Source: Phaeosaccion multiseriatum (lineage: Eukaryota; Protista; Ochrophyta, other classes). From it: a DNA stretch of 64,000 nucleotides. Positions 38,598 through 51,398 of the stretch are shown here, in pieces. The stretch's first letter is position 1. Each line of letters begins with the position of its first letter. The notes below the pieces were generated by a model. It was not told where the DNA came from, ran no database searches, and worked only from the letters and a program-made list of their open reading frames with translations. Made by a program: the position numbers and the translations under genes. The stretch lies in assembly GCA_965112735.1 (NCBI GenBank), contig OZ218959.1:2976001-3040000 (forward strand), written 5' to 3'.

Positions 38598-41500
38598 ATG
38601 GCCGAGGGGTCTCGAGAAGAAGTGGGCGCTGGAGAGAACATACAAACAAACATGGACAGAGAGCTAGAAAAGTTTACACAGAGCTTGCAGAGAGACTTAA
38701 ACTGCCTGGCGGACCCGGATAGGAATACGCGCAAGAGAGCGCTAGTGAAGATCAACAAGCAGCTCGTTGGCACCAAGGTCAGACAGACGGCTTCTTCAAC
38801 GAAGGGCCGGGAGGGAGAGGAGGAGGGAATGGAGCAGGAGCAGGAGGAGGAGGAGGAAGAGGAGGAGGAGGGAATGGTGGGGAGGAAGGAGCTAAGAGAA
38901 GGTCCCGAAGGTTGGGAGTGTCAGTGGACGAGGGGGGGCGATGCATGGCCTGAGTGCAGGCTTGCCCTCTCTCTCTCTCCCTCTCTCTCTACCTCTCTCT
39001 CTCTTCTTCTCTTGCTGCTTGGCCAATCCCCCCTCTCTTCTCTTCTCTTCTCTTCTCTTATCCAAGTTGTGCCCCTTGTATCACACCCAAAGTAGACTCC
39101 TCCTCCTCCTCTTTCCGCTGCCCACATCGACATACCCCCTCCACCAGCTTTTTTCCATGTCCTCATGCAGATTCTGACGCTCGTAACGTATCCCTGGTGC
39201 TGCTGCTGCCCCCACCCCCTCTTGGCTGACTTACTATACAGATGGAAGAGCCCCTCGTGCGAGCCTTCTTCATGAGGCACCTCCTCTCCCCCCTCACGGC
39301 AATGCTCGCAGACCCCGTTGAGAAGTGCAGGGAAATGGCCGCGGGTGAGTGGGGAAGGGAGGGAGGGAGGGAGGGAGGGAGGGAGGAAGGGGGGGAGAGA
39401 GAGAGGGAGGGAGAGAGGCAGAAAGGGAATGAGTCAGTGAGTGACGTGAGTCAGTGAGTGACGCTAGCCCGCCTCTCCCCCACCCCCTCAGGCCTATTAA
39501 TACACCTCATCTCCAGCACGGTGGATGTGCCTGCCGAGGCGGCGGTGGTCGCCAGCTGTGTGTTGGACATGGTGAACCAACGCCTCGGCACCACTCCCTT
39601 CGCAGAGACGGCGGAGGAGGTTCGGTTACAGCTCGTGTCAGTCTGCGTGGCGCTGTGGAAAAGGTAAGCGCCTTTGCTGCATGTACATTACGTGCCATTA
39701 CGTGTACGTGCATCGACACTCTTAACGCGTCTTCTCGTCTCTCCCTCCTCCTCCTCCTCCTCCACCTCCTCCTCCTCCTCCTCCTCCTCCTTCCCCTCCC
39801 CCTCCTCCTCCTCCTCCCCCACCTATCAATCAATCAGACCCAGCGCAGAGGAATGGGGCGAGGCCCGCACCGCCGACACGGCAACCGTTGCTTCCAAGAG
39901 TCTTACAGACTCCTTTCCTGCCGTTAAGAGAGAGACCTGCGCCTTGCTGTTGAGGCTCAAGCATGTGTGCCCCACGGGTGTGCGTCTTCATCTGGAGAAG
40001 CTTCTGAAGCCGCTGGTACTCAACCTAGGGCACCAGGTGAGGGAGTTGGTGATACAGAGGGGGGGGGGGAGGGAAGGAGGCGAGGAAGTGAGCTGCTAAA
40101 CCCGCTGGTACCAACACCCAGAGCATGTGGATCGTCCCACCCACCCCTACCCCCCCCCATCCACTGCCATCCACCCCCCCCCCCCTACCCTACCCTCCTC
40201 TCCCCTCTCTCTGTCTTCTTAGCACGCTGCCACTCGCCAGCGTACTCTTGAGGCAATCGCTGCTGTGGTGACGAGCGGGGCCGACGATCTTGACAAAGTC
40301 ATGAAGGAGGTGCTGCTGCCGCAGGTGAGTGTGGGGGGGCCGTTCAGGACAGTGGGAGGGTAGGTCTGGGGTGTGGTAGTGAGTTTGGGGCCCCCGCAAT
40401 GCCCAACAAACAATGGATGCACCAACACTCCATCGATCAATGGACGGCCAACCGAATTTGCTATACCACCAACTGTAACACCAACTGTACCACCAACTGT
40501 ACCACCAACCTCAACAGCTGTCCAAGATGCCATTTGATCGCAGCCCTTCGGTAAGGAAGGAGCTTTGCAAGTCGCTGCGCACTCTCCTACAAGCGAGTCT
40601 TCCCCCACCGGCGGATGACGGTAAGAAGAAGCTTTCTCACGCACTCTCACTTACGCACTCTGTGACTCACCTTCTCACACTCTGACTCAACCACCCACTC
40701 ACCCACTCACCCACCCCTACACACCCTTCTACACCCCTATGCCCACCCTCCACTGTTGGTTCTCCAGTGGCGGCCTCAGCTCTGGCGACGTTTCAACCCT
40801 CCCTGCTTCTTCTGCTCCTGTCCATGAGGGCGGATGAGTCGGCAGAGACCGCCGACTACGCAACCACAGCGCTGAGGGAGGTGGGGAAGGCGTGGAGTCT
40901 CGCTCAGGGGAGATCAGCACAGGCCGAGCAGCAGGGTGGTGATGATGATGGTGATGCTGCAGGAGGAGGAGGAGGAGGAGGAGGAGGAGGAGGGGGAGGA
41001 GGAGGAGGGGATGGAGCGGATGCAGGTATCCACGCGATGCTACTGCGCCACTCTTCGGCCATGCTCCCCCCTCTGCTCGCAGATGTGGGGCACTGGACGG
41101 TCAAGACGCGAGTTCGCTCTGTCCAGCAGCTGAGATACCTTGTGGAGCTGCTGGGCGATGACGTCACTGTGCACTTGGCTGCCATCGTGCAGGCGTTGAA
41201 AGGTGAAGAGGAGGAAGGGGGGGAGGAGGAAGGGAAGGAGGAGGGGGGGGAGAAGAGAGGGGAGGGGGGAGGGGAGAGCCCATTCCATGCGCTCACAGAC
41301 TCTCTTTCGTACTGTTGTGTATGTCTCTCTTTGTCTTGATTTCCTTCCTTCCTTCCCCTCTCCCTCCTACTCCTCCTCGTTCCTCCTCCTCCACTTTCTC
41401 CTCCCCCTCTCCTCCTCCTCCTCCCCCCACTCTCTCCCCCTCCTCCTCCTCCCTTCAGTGGCGACGGAGGACGACGAGAGCGAGGTACAGGCGGCCGTGA

Positions 41501-42370
41501 GTGCGTGCGCGGCAGCGGTAGGCGGGGCAGTGCAGGGGCAGGGAGGGGGTACGTCAGCTTTCCTATCCGTACCGCTGGTGCAGGTGCTCGGTGGCGAGGT
41601 GTCAGGACAGACCAACAGCCACCACTTCGCTCAGGTAGGTGGGGAGGGGGGGAAGGAGGGAGGCAGCGAGGAGCCGTCTCTGTTGCAACCCGGAAGGGAA
41701 GGGGAGGCCGTCTCCTGTCTCTGTTTGTTTTCTCTGTGTATTTGCCTGCTCAAAGGGCTGGCATTGCTCAGGACGTCACTTCCTCTTCTTCTTCTTCTTC
41801 TTCTTCTTCTTCTTCTTCTTCTTCTTCTTCTTCATCTTCTTCTTTTGCTACTTACATTGGCGGTGCTCACCCCTAACCATCCCTCCCTCCCTCCCTTCCT
41901 CTCCCTCCTCCCCTCTTATCCCCTCCTCCCTCTCCCTCTTCCCCTCCTCTCCCTCCTCCCTCTCCCTCCTCCCTCTCCCTCTTCCTCTCCTCTCCCTCCC
42001 TCCCTCCCTCCCTCCAGGTACTGTGGCTGTTGGACCCCATCCTACGGGCCGCAGCAGCCAAAGAAGGCGCCACCGCCGACAGTCTGGAGCCTCTGGTGGT
42101 CGCTCTCTGCGCATCTCTGGGAAGCTCTGCTCTGCTCCATGCGGACCTTGCTTCTACAAATCTCATTGAAGCAGGCTGTGGGGTATGTGGAGCCCTCTTG
42201 GAGGTGAGGAGGAGGAATAGGGCGAGGGACTGACATGGATTCAGTTTCAGTTTTCACTGTTTTTGAACCCTGAAACCGTAAATCCTGACCCTGACCCTGA
42301 CCCTGACCCTGACGCTGACCCTCCCTCCCTCCCTCGTGTGCCCCTGCCGGCCGTTCCGTCATATTTTGTC

Positions 42371-42414
<44 letters not shown>

Positions 42415-44087
42415 CAGAGCGGACCTGCTATGGACAGCCTTGTACGCCTTCCCGAGCAGAGCTTTCCTCTGCTGAGGTTTCTTCTTCAGCTGTTGGCTGC
42501 CAGCGGAGCAGTCAAGGAGCAAGATCGGAGCACAGGGGCAGGAACAGGGGGGGGGGGGGCAGTGGGTATATGGGCGGGCAGCGGCGGCGGAGGAGGGGGG
42601 CGGTTGGGAGGGGATGAAGAGGACGAGAATGAAGAAGCGGTGCTTGACTTGGTGGAGCGACTTGCCGTTGTGACGGGGCAGCAGTTGGTGGTACAGCAGC
42701 AGGGCTTGCCAACCCCGCCTCCGACAGCAGTTGTTGGTGGTACAGCAGCAGCGGCAGCAGCAGCGGCAGCAGCAGCGTCGTCAGTTGGAAGTAGACGAGG
42801 AGGAGGAAGAGGAGGAGGAGGAGGAGGAGGGGAAGGGGGAGGAGGGGGGGGGGACGAGAGAACAAAAGTAGCGAGGGCAGCGAAAGCGGCAGCGGCAGCC
42901 CTGGCAGCAGGAGCAGGAGGAGGAGGAGGAGGAGGAGGAGCGGCAATGGCAAAAGAGGACGAAGAGAGGAACAAGACACGCCAGGCGCTGTTTGCGGCTC
43001 ACTTTGTGCCCTTGCTGCAGAGCATTCTTGAGGAGGATGGAGGACAGCAGGTGAGTTGGTTGAGTGTGTGGCTGTAGTGGGGAGGGACGGAGGGAGTGAG
43101 GAAGGGATAGAGAGAGGGAGGGATAGAGAGAGGGAGGGAGGGACGGTGGGCAGGACAGGATGCCGAAGCTCTGGCGACGCACACCAAAGAATCAAAGTCT
43201 CGTCTTCACCAAGGGGAGGGGGGGGGGGGCTTCCTCACTGCCTTACTAAGGCCCGCCCTCACTTTCCCGCCCGCCCGGGTCCCCTCCCCTCTCTCTCTCT
43301 CTTTCACCTACAGAGTATGGACACCACTGGAGACGATGACGTCACTGCTGCTGCAGAGACTGCTCCCCCGGCGGGGCAGGAGGCGTGGACCGTGGGGTCG
43401 CCGCAGATGGCAGCCTTTGACGTGCTTCTCCGAGCGGCGCCGCTGGCAGTTAGTCAGAACATGGGCCGCGTGGTGCCTGTATTTAGGTGAGGGAGAGAGC
43501 CTCGGAGAGCCTTTGTTTTTGTGGCCTAGGGTGGACTTTCTTCTCTCGGACATCACCATGCCGAGTGATTAACGATTTACGGTTATGCCACCCTCCATGT
43601 TGTTGCTCTCTCTTACCTCCACGTTCCCCAGTCTCTATACCGCCCCTCTTTACACCCATTGACTTACAACATTCATTCCTCCGCCCCCTGTCACCCGTCC
43701 ACCTCTACCCCACCCTCCTGCCCCCCCCCCCCCTCTCTCTCTCTCTCTCGTTCCCTCTCGCCCGCACGCACACACACACACACATTCCATGACTAACAAC
43801 CCAACAGAGCGCACCTGCACGACCCTGAGAGAGACCCCGAGGTCCGTCTCCGCCTTCTCGCTCTCCTCCAGTCCGTGCTCGCCTGTCCACAGGTGGGGGC
43901 CTCTGCGTTGGCCCCTCATGGCAAGGCGCTGGTCATGTGTGTGCTCATGCCGAATGCGGTGTGGAAGGCTGGCATGGTGGCTTCTACTATTAGAAAGGTG
44001 AGGAGGTGGAGAGGTTCCTGCGCCATTACTACTGTATCCACCAGTTGCTGCTGCTGCTGCTGCAACGACAACCGCTACTACTGGTGG

Positions 44088-44120
<33 letters not shown>

Positions 44121-45263
44121 TACTGCTACTACTACTACTGGTGCTGCTGCTGCTCTACGATTACTACTACTACTACTGCTACTACTCGTCCTCCTCTTCT
44201 CCTACTCCTACTACTACTGCCAACTACGACTGCTCCTCCTCTTCTACTCCTCCTCCTCCTCTTCCTCCTATTACTGCTACTACTGCTACTACTTACTCCT
44301 ACAACAACTACTACAACAACAACCAAATCCTCACCTTGACCCATGCAATGCCTGCTAATCCCCCCCCCTCCCACCCCAGGTGACCATGGCCTGCCTGTAC
44401 ACTCTACTGAGCAAGGGTAAGCTGGAGGTGCAAGCTCTGTACGAGACGGCGGCCCTCATGCTCCCCGTGTTGAAGACCAATTTGGAGGACTATGACGCAT
44501 CCACACGACAGGTACGGAAGGGGGATGGCAGAGGATGGCATTAGATGGGCCGCAGTGGGGATGGATGGCGCTGGACGGCAGTGGATGGCAACGGGTATGG
44601 CTCTCTCTCTCTCTTCACTCTGCTCTACTCTTCAGGTCTGCCTCGTGTACTAACTCACCCCCCTCTCCCTCCCTCCCTCCCTCCCTCCCTCCTTCACCCA
44701 CCCACCCCACCCCACCCACTCCCCCTTAGCTGACGTGCTCCGTCCTGGGCCTTCTCTTCGCTCTCCTCCCCGGGGCATTGGGAGAGGACCCCGTTCGGCA
44801 GTTGTACCCAGAGCTTCTGAAACGCCTAGACGACTCCAACGACACCGTTCGCCTCGCCATCTGTGACACGCTGCGCCACTTTTTCGTCGCGACACCGGTG
44901 GAGAACCTTCGCGGAACGATCCTGGAGTACTCCACGGACCAGTTGCTCATCCACCTCGACGATCCTGAGGAAGGCATGCAGGCAAAGGCTCTGAGTGTGT
45001 TGGAAGTGTTGGCAAAGTTGGATCCTGTGCCAGTGGGCAAGCGAGTAAGGGCCGCGAGGTCGTCGCATCGCTCTCCGGGGCTGTGCGATCGGCTCACGGC
45101 CGTGGTAGAGGTGGCCTCAGCTACAGCAGTTGGTCGTACAGCCGCAGCAGTTGGTGATACAGCCACTGCCGCAGCGGAGAAAGAAGGAGCAGCAGCAACA
45201 GCAGGAGGAGGAGGAGGGGCATCACCAACTCTCGCCCCAGCTTCGGGGCCAATGGAGTCGTGA
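38598..45263 (+). CDS. DNAAF5: Dynein axonemal assembly factor 5 (HEATR2), multi-exon HEAT-repeat protein
   Basis: LQRDLNCLADPDRNTRKRAL, LADPVEKCREMA, ETAEEVRLQL, SLTDSFPAVKRETC, VWKAGMVASTIRK, LYPELLKRLDDSNDTVRLA, LLIHLDDPEEGMQ and HRSPGLCDRL match HEATR2 family motifs. Confidence 0.88.
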
Positions 45264-45600
45264 GGGTGCAAGCAAGAGGGGGAGGAGGCGTGCGCGGGGC
45301 CGACGCTTGCCTGCCTTGCCTTGTGTGAGTGGAGTCCGGGTTGGCGTGGCGGGGGCTGATGGGTGGTCGAGATGAGTGCTCGTCGTCGTCCTCGATTCCA
45401 CATTTAACACATGAAAGACAGCCCAATATACCATTGGGTCAAATACACAGAATGACTGAACAACCAACGCGCATAGGATGATGTGAAACTCTTTTGCTAT
45501 TGGGGGAGAAGTTACGTAAGCTTACGACAGTGCAGAGGAGCGTTACCAGCCTGCTATCAGTGTCTGTGGGCCCCTGCGTACGTCTCTTATGCCCAACTAT

Positions 45601-45815
45601 TCAAAAGTAAACGTCTCCTGCGTCCGCAGCATCGTATCCTTGAAGGCCGTCTGGTGCTTCTCCTCCTCCTCCTCCTCCTCCTCCTCCTCCTCCTCCTCCT
45701 CCTCCTCCTCCTCCTCCTCCTCCTCCCGCTACCCGTCCCTCCCGCTCTTCCCGTGCAGCGAGCCGCGCTTTCTTCAGCTCTACTTCTCGGTCAGCCGCCT
45801 GTTTCGGTTGTCAGA

Positions 45816-45847
<32 letters not shown>

Positions 45848-46852
45848 GGGGGGCAGAGAAATGAGCAGTGAGCAGTAAGCAGGGGAAGGGTGAGGTTCGC
45901 CCCCTCACCCTCCTCCTCCCCTTTTCAGTTTATATGACCTTGTCAGTATCGAACACCATAAATGGAATCGATAGTCGAAGCTTGTGCGCTTCCTCCAAAG
46001 AAGCAGCGTCCACCCCACCCCTCTCCTCCCTCCCTCCCTCCCTCCACTCACTCACCTCTCTCTTCTTCTCCACCACCTTCTTGAGGCGTGTAAAGTCCTC
46101 CCTCTCGAGCTCGTCAAGTTCTCTGTTGATGTACTTGATCACTCCCTCCACGCGGGGAATGGTCACATTCTCCAGGGCGTTCACTCTCCGGTTTGTCACC
46201 TTCGGGTGGGCAAGAAAGTTACGTGTCAGTTTCAATTTCTTCCTGGCCGACCTTACATACGAGACCAGCCAGCCAGCCTTTGGTTGGTTGTCAATCAAAA
46301 GGTTGATTATCGATATCGAGTATCAAGAGGTCGAGTATCGAGGAATCAAGAGGTCGAGTATCGAGGAATCAAGAGGTCGAGTATCGAGGAATCAAGAGGT
46401 CGATTATCGAGGAATCAAGAGGTCGATTATCGAGGAATCAAGAGGTCGAGTATCGAGGAATCAAGAGGTCGAGTATCGAGGAATCAAGAGGTCGAGTATC
46501 GAGGTCTGAAGATTGAAGGAGGATAGAGCCCCTTGAAAAGAAAGAGTGATGCCCTCTGCGACACATGCCGCCGTATACCTGTATGCTGCTCACATATGCT
46601 GCTCACCTTAAGTGCCTCATCCATGGTGACGAAGGAGGTCTGCAGGCTTGCGAGCTTGACAAGATTCTCGGCCCATTGGTGGTACTTGTCACGGCATGCC
46701 CCAACCTTCTGCCCGCCGCCGGACAGACCAATGTTGTCACTCATCTTTGCACCTGTGAGGGGAAGGGAAGGCGAGGTTTCCGTTAGTCTCACCATGCACG
46801 TGTCCATGTCAACGTCCAACGAACGCTCATCCCCCCACGCCGACGCAAAGGG

Positions 46853-46918
<66 letters not shown>

Positions 46919-47428
46919 ACACACACATAGAAACATATACATAGAGGGAGAGACACACAGAGAAACATGTACTTAAAGGACACATACACAAGAACACACA
47001 CAGAAACCTTTCAGAAACATATTCATAGAGGAAGACATACACACACACACACACACACACGGGGCGGAGGGGGCATGAGTCTTCTCCTCTGCGTCTTTAC
47101 GATAGTCTTTGGATGTCAGCGTTTGTCCCGACCCTTCCCACCTGTATCATAAGGCTGGAACACGGGTAGCTTCACTCCTGCGACATTGTCTGTCCGGGCT
47201 CGTACCCTCAGGACAGCAGGGGTGGGCGTGTCCATGACCTTGTAGAGGGGTGGAGAGAGAGGGGGGGAGGAGGAGGGAGGGGGGGGGGGGTTGGGGGGTG
47301 GGGGGGAGGGAAACGAGTCAGGTGATGTACAGAGCTTGTGTGGGTGTCAGACTTAGTGGCGTGTTTGTGCTCTATCCCCTCACAACAAGACCCTTGTTCG
47401 GGTAAGAAGGAAGGGCAGACACAGAGAA

Positions 47429-47475
<47 letters not shown>

Positions 47476-47646
47476 CAGACAGGAATAGCACACGCACACA
47501 CCTCGCCCTCCTACCTTGTGCTTGAAGTCTCCCGCAGCGTAGGTGGCTTGCGTGAGGGAGAAAAAGGCAGTGGCCGCATCCTCCTTCATCTGTTGCTTGA
47601 GCTCGTGAATTTCCTTCGCAATCTTCCGGAAACGGCCCTGGCGGCA

Positions 47647-47703
<57 letters not shown>

Positions 47704-48396
47704 GAGGAGGAGGAGGGGGAGTAGTTTTAGTATCAGCAACAGCAGTAGGAGTAGCAATGACGCAGGAAGCAGCGAAGGCAGGGCAGAGGAAGGGTTTGTA
47801 TGATATTTCTGATGCTCTTTTCTTTGCATCTTCCTCCCGCTCTTTCTCCAGCTTCGTCACACCCTACACCTTCCTTACACTATGCGTCCTTATCTACACC
47901 AGTCACACGTTTTATCCCTGTCTCTTCGCTCCTCTCTAACTCTCGCTCTCTCTCTACGACCAACTCCCTCCTGTCCAGCTCTGTCCTCCTTCTCCGCATA
48001 CACCAAGCACCTCCTGCCCCGAAGAGGGATTATTGGTTCCCTAAAACTCAGTTTCAAAGCCTCACATCCCCACTCTTCCGCCGTCCGCCATCTCCTCGCG
48101 ATACCCTGCTGTGTGCTTTCTTCCCCCGTTCTCGCAGTGTTCCGTCCCCTCCTGCGTGCTTCGGGAAAGGCATGAGCCCCTCCCTACTACTGCTTCCACC
48201 ACCTCCCATCCTCCTCATCCTTCCTCCCGCCCGCCCTCTTCGTCGCCTCCTCTCTTTCCCCTCCCCCTCTCTGCTTTTCTCGGACCTTCAGGGCATCGCT
48301 CTTCTTTTTGAGCAATTCGTATCCTTTCTTGGCCCCCACTAGTTTCTGTTTGTAGGTTTGGAGGGCCATACGCGTTGGCGCCACCTGTGCAGACAT
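45601..48396 (-). CDS. ATP6V1D: V-type proton ATPase subunit D, 6 exons
   Basis: [50 protein letters not shown]...[35 protein letters not shown]...[16 protein letters not shown]; the last exon ends DAGDVYF*. Confidence 0.96.
46293..46506. repeat. 23-bp TCGA-rich minisatellite (about 8 copies) in a V-ATPase D intron
   Basis: Unit aagaggtcga(g/t)tatcgaggaatc at 46325, 46348 and onward. Confidence 0.92.
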
Positions 48397-49225
48397 AGCT
48401 ACCGCAGCTGCTCCTCCACCTCCTCTCGAGCGATGCCAAGCGGGTGTGACGGTGGTGGTCTCTATGAGCGCGTCGCCACCTGTGAGAAGAATTTCGATTT
48501 CAGTTTCAGTTTCATCTTTCACCTTTCATTCATTTTCCTGCCTAAATCCTACTGTAGTGTGTTGCGTCATGGCTGGCTGGCTGGCTGCTGGCCAATCCCG
48601 AGGGTCCGATCGTTGGTGTGTCAATCTCGTGTATATGCAAGATCGATATCTTCGATTCGTACTTATTTCTACAGTTATCGGTAGTGCGGGCAGCCTCCGC
48701 CCTTCGTTTCCTTCTCTCCCCCTCCCACCTCTCTTAGACTGTTACTGGTGTGCAAAATTTCGAGGCCCTTACAACGCATCCATTCACCTTTGAGCCCCCT
48801 CTCCCTCTCCCTCTTCCTCAGGCTCCCCTCCCTCCCTCCCTCCCTCCCTCCCTTCCTTCCTTCCTTCCTTCCTTCCTTCCTTCCTCGGTGATGCGATACA
48901 CAAACGTCGCAAAACATAGCGTCGGCTTTGGTTTCGGTAGGTAGGTATCTGATTCCTCTATAACAAAACCGGAATCATGGAAGGAATGTACAGGTCATCC
49001 CACTCTTAACAAAAAATCTACAGGTCAACCCACACTCACAAGAAATCCACCGGTCCACCTCCTCTGACAAGGAGGTAAGGCAAGTAAGGGCAAAGGAACA
49101 AAACAAGACTTTTGACTCGCGAACCGCACAAGTCAAGTCTATTTCATTCTCGACTTTCCGTCTCATCAATTTCTTCCCTGCTGCTGTGCCGTGCTGTGCC
49201 GTGTGCATGTGTGTGCCTCTGCAGC

Positions 49226-51362
49226 TTACTCTATTGGCGGGCAGTGGGCCCCCACACACACGTTGTTATTGTTCTCAGAGGAGAAGAAGTGGTCGTGCAG
49301 AGAGCGCAGGGCCTTCTCCAGATCCTTCTGATCCACCACCAGGCTCACATTGACCTGCAGGGGCAGGGAGAGAGAGGGGGGGGGGGGGAGAGGGAGAGGG
49401 AGAGGGAGAGGGGGGGAGAGGGAGAGGGGGAGAGACAAAGATGGGCAGATAAAACAAAGGTCAGCTACAGCCAAGTACGAAGAGATGGAGAGATAGCCAG
49501 ACACAGTTTCTCGCACGCCACATCCAACGATTGACCACGGAATGATTGATTCGTAGTCTACCCCCTGGTTCTTCTACTTGCACTGACCTTGGAGGCTCCC
49601 TGACTGAGCATGTGCACTTGAATACCATTGTCCCTCATGCAAGAGAACACCTGTGCCATGACCTCGGAGGATCGGTTCACGTTGGCAATGAGGGAGATGA
49701 TGGCCTTCTCGCCCTTCTCAGTCACGTCGGCGAGCAGCTGCAGCTTCTGCAGAGCCTCGTCCTTGGAGGGCTGTTGGCATCGAGCGAGTCGAGTGAGAGG
49801 GGGGCAGTGGGGGAGGGAGAGGGAGAGGGGGAGACGCCGGGAGGGGGAGGGGGAGAGAGGGAGAGTGTGGGGGTAAGTCGCCTCGCCTTGCCTCGCCGAG
49901 CAAGGCCAAAAAGGATTGGATTGGAGGTCGTAAGAGTACAATACCATCTGCATACATATCCCTACTACGCTATACCATCAATTGCCACCAATTCCATCCA
50001 TCCATTGCCATCAATTCCATCCATCCATTGCCATCCATCCATCCACCCCACGCTCACACCCCACCGGTACGAATTACCCATCACATCATATGTGCCCTTA
50101 TTCCTTTCCTTCGTTTATGGTCCTTTTCTCTCACAGTACACTACCTTATTCTTATTGGCCTGGTCCAGCGTGACGGAGATGGACACTTCACTCGTGGCCA
50201 CCATGTCCACCGAAATGGCGCACTCCTCGAAGATGCTAAACACCTTGCTGAGGAAGCCGTACTGCCCGAGCATCCGTGTAGACACCACGTCAATCAGGCA
50301 TACTTGCTCCTGTGGGGTGGGTGGGTGGGTGGGTCGATTGGCGGGGGAGTAAGAGGGGAAGGGAGGGGAGGGGAGGGGAGGGGAGGGGAGGGGAGGGGGT
50401 ATGGGGGGTGGAGGGTGGATAGGTGGGAAATGGGATGGCAGTGGATGGAGGATATAGATTGGGGATTGATGGCCGGAGATGGCAGCCGATGAAGAAGCGA
50501 AGAGTGAAGGGGAAAAGTCATGAGAGTGGTTATGCCTTTTTTCTTCTTCTCTTCCGCTTCCGATGAAGATCCCTGTATACACATGCCTCCAACCAACCAA
50601 CCAACCAACCAACCCAACCAACCTTGAATGTGAGAGCAGTGACGAGCGTATCTCCGTACTCTCTGCCCTGTTGAATGACAGTCCCCGGGTGCGACGGGTT
50701 GTACGAGTTCTTAATACGAACAGGCAGCTTCTGGGCCATTGCCGGTCGCATGGACTCCGGGTGGAGAATCTTGGCTCCAAAGTAGGCCAGTTCAGCAGCC
50801 TCTTCGTAGCTCACACAAGGGACGGGTTTGGCTCCTTCGACGGCTCGGGGGTCGGCAGTCATCATACCATCTACATCCTTCCACACCTGGGCAGGGTAGG
50901 GTAACAGGGAGGAGGGAGGAGGGAAGGGGAGGGAGATGAGAGGAGAGGGTGGGCGAGTGGGTGAGGGAGCGATGGGTGAAGATAGGGACGCGGGGGATGA
51001 GAAGGGAGAGAGGAAGGAGCGGGGCCATTGACACAAGCAAGGCAACGCGAAAGGCGACCCGCACGGATGCATGCATGCGCGCACACACTCACGCACCTGC
51101 ACTTCGTCAGCGCCCACCGCGCAACCGATGATGGTGGCTGTGAGGTCGCTGCCTCCTCTCCCGAGGGTGGTGATGTGGTTCTCCGTGGACCTGCCTATGA
51201 AGCCCGTCACTACCGCCACCCTGAGGAAGACGACGACGACGACGAGGAGGAGGAGGAGGAGGAGGAGGAGGAGGATGGCAGTGGATGTGGTGGTGGTGGT
51301 GGTGGTGGAGGAGGAGGAGGAGGAGGGGGGGGGGGGAGGTTAGCACTACTACTAGTCCCGGT

Positions 51363-51398
<36 letters not shown>

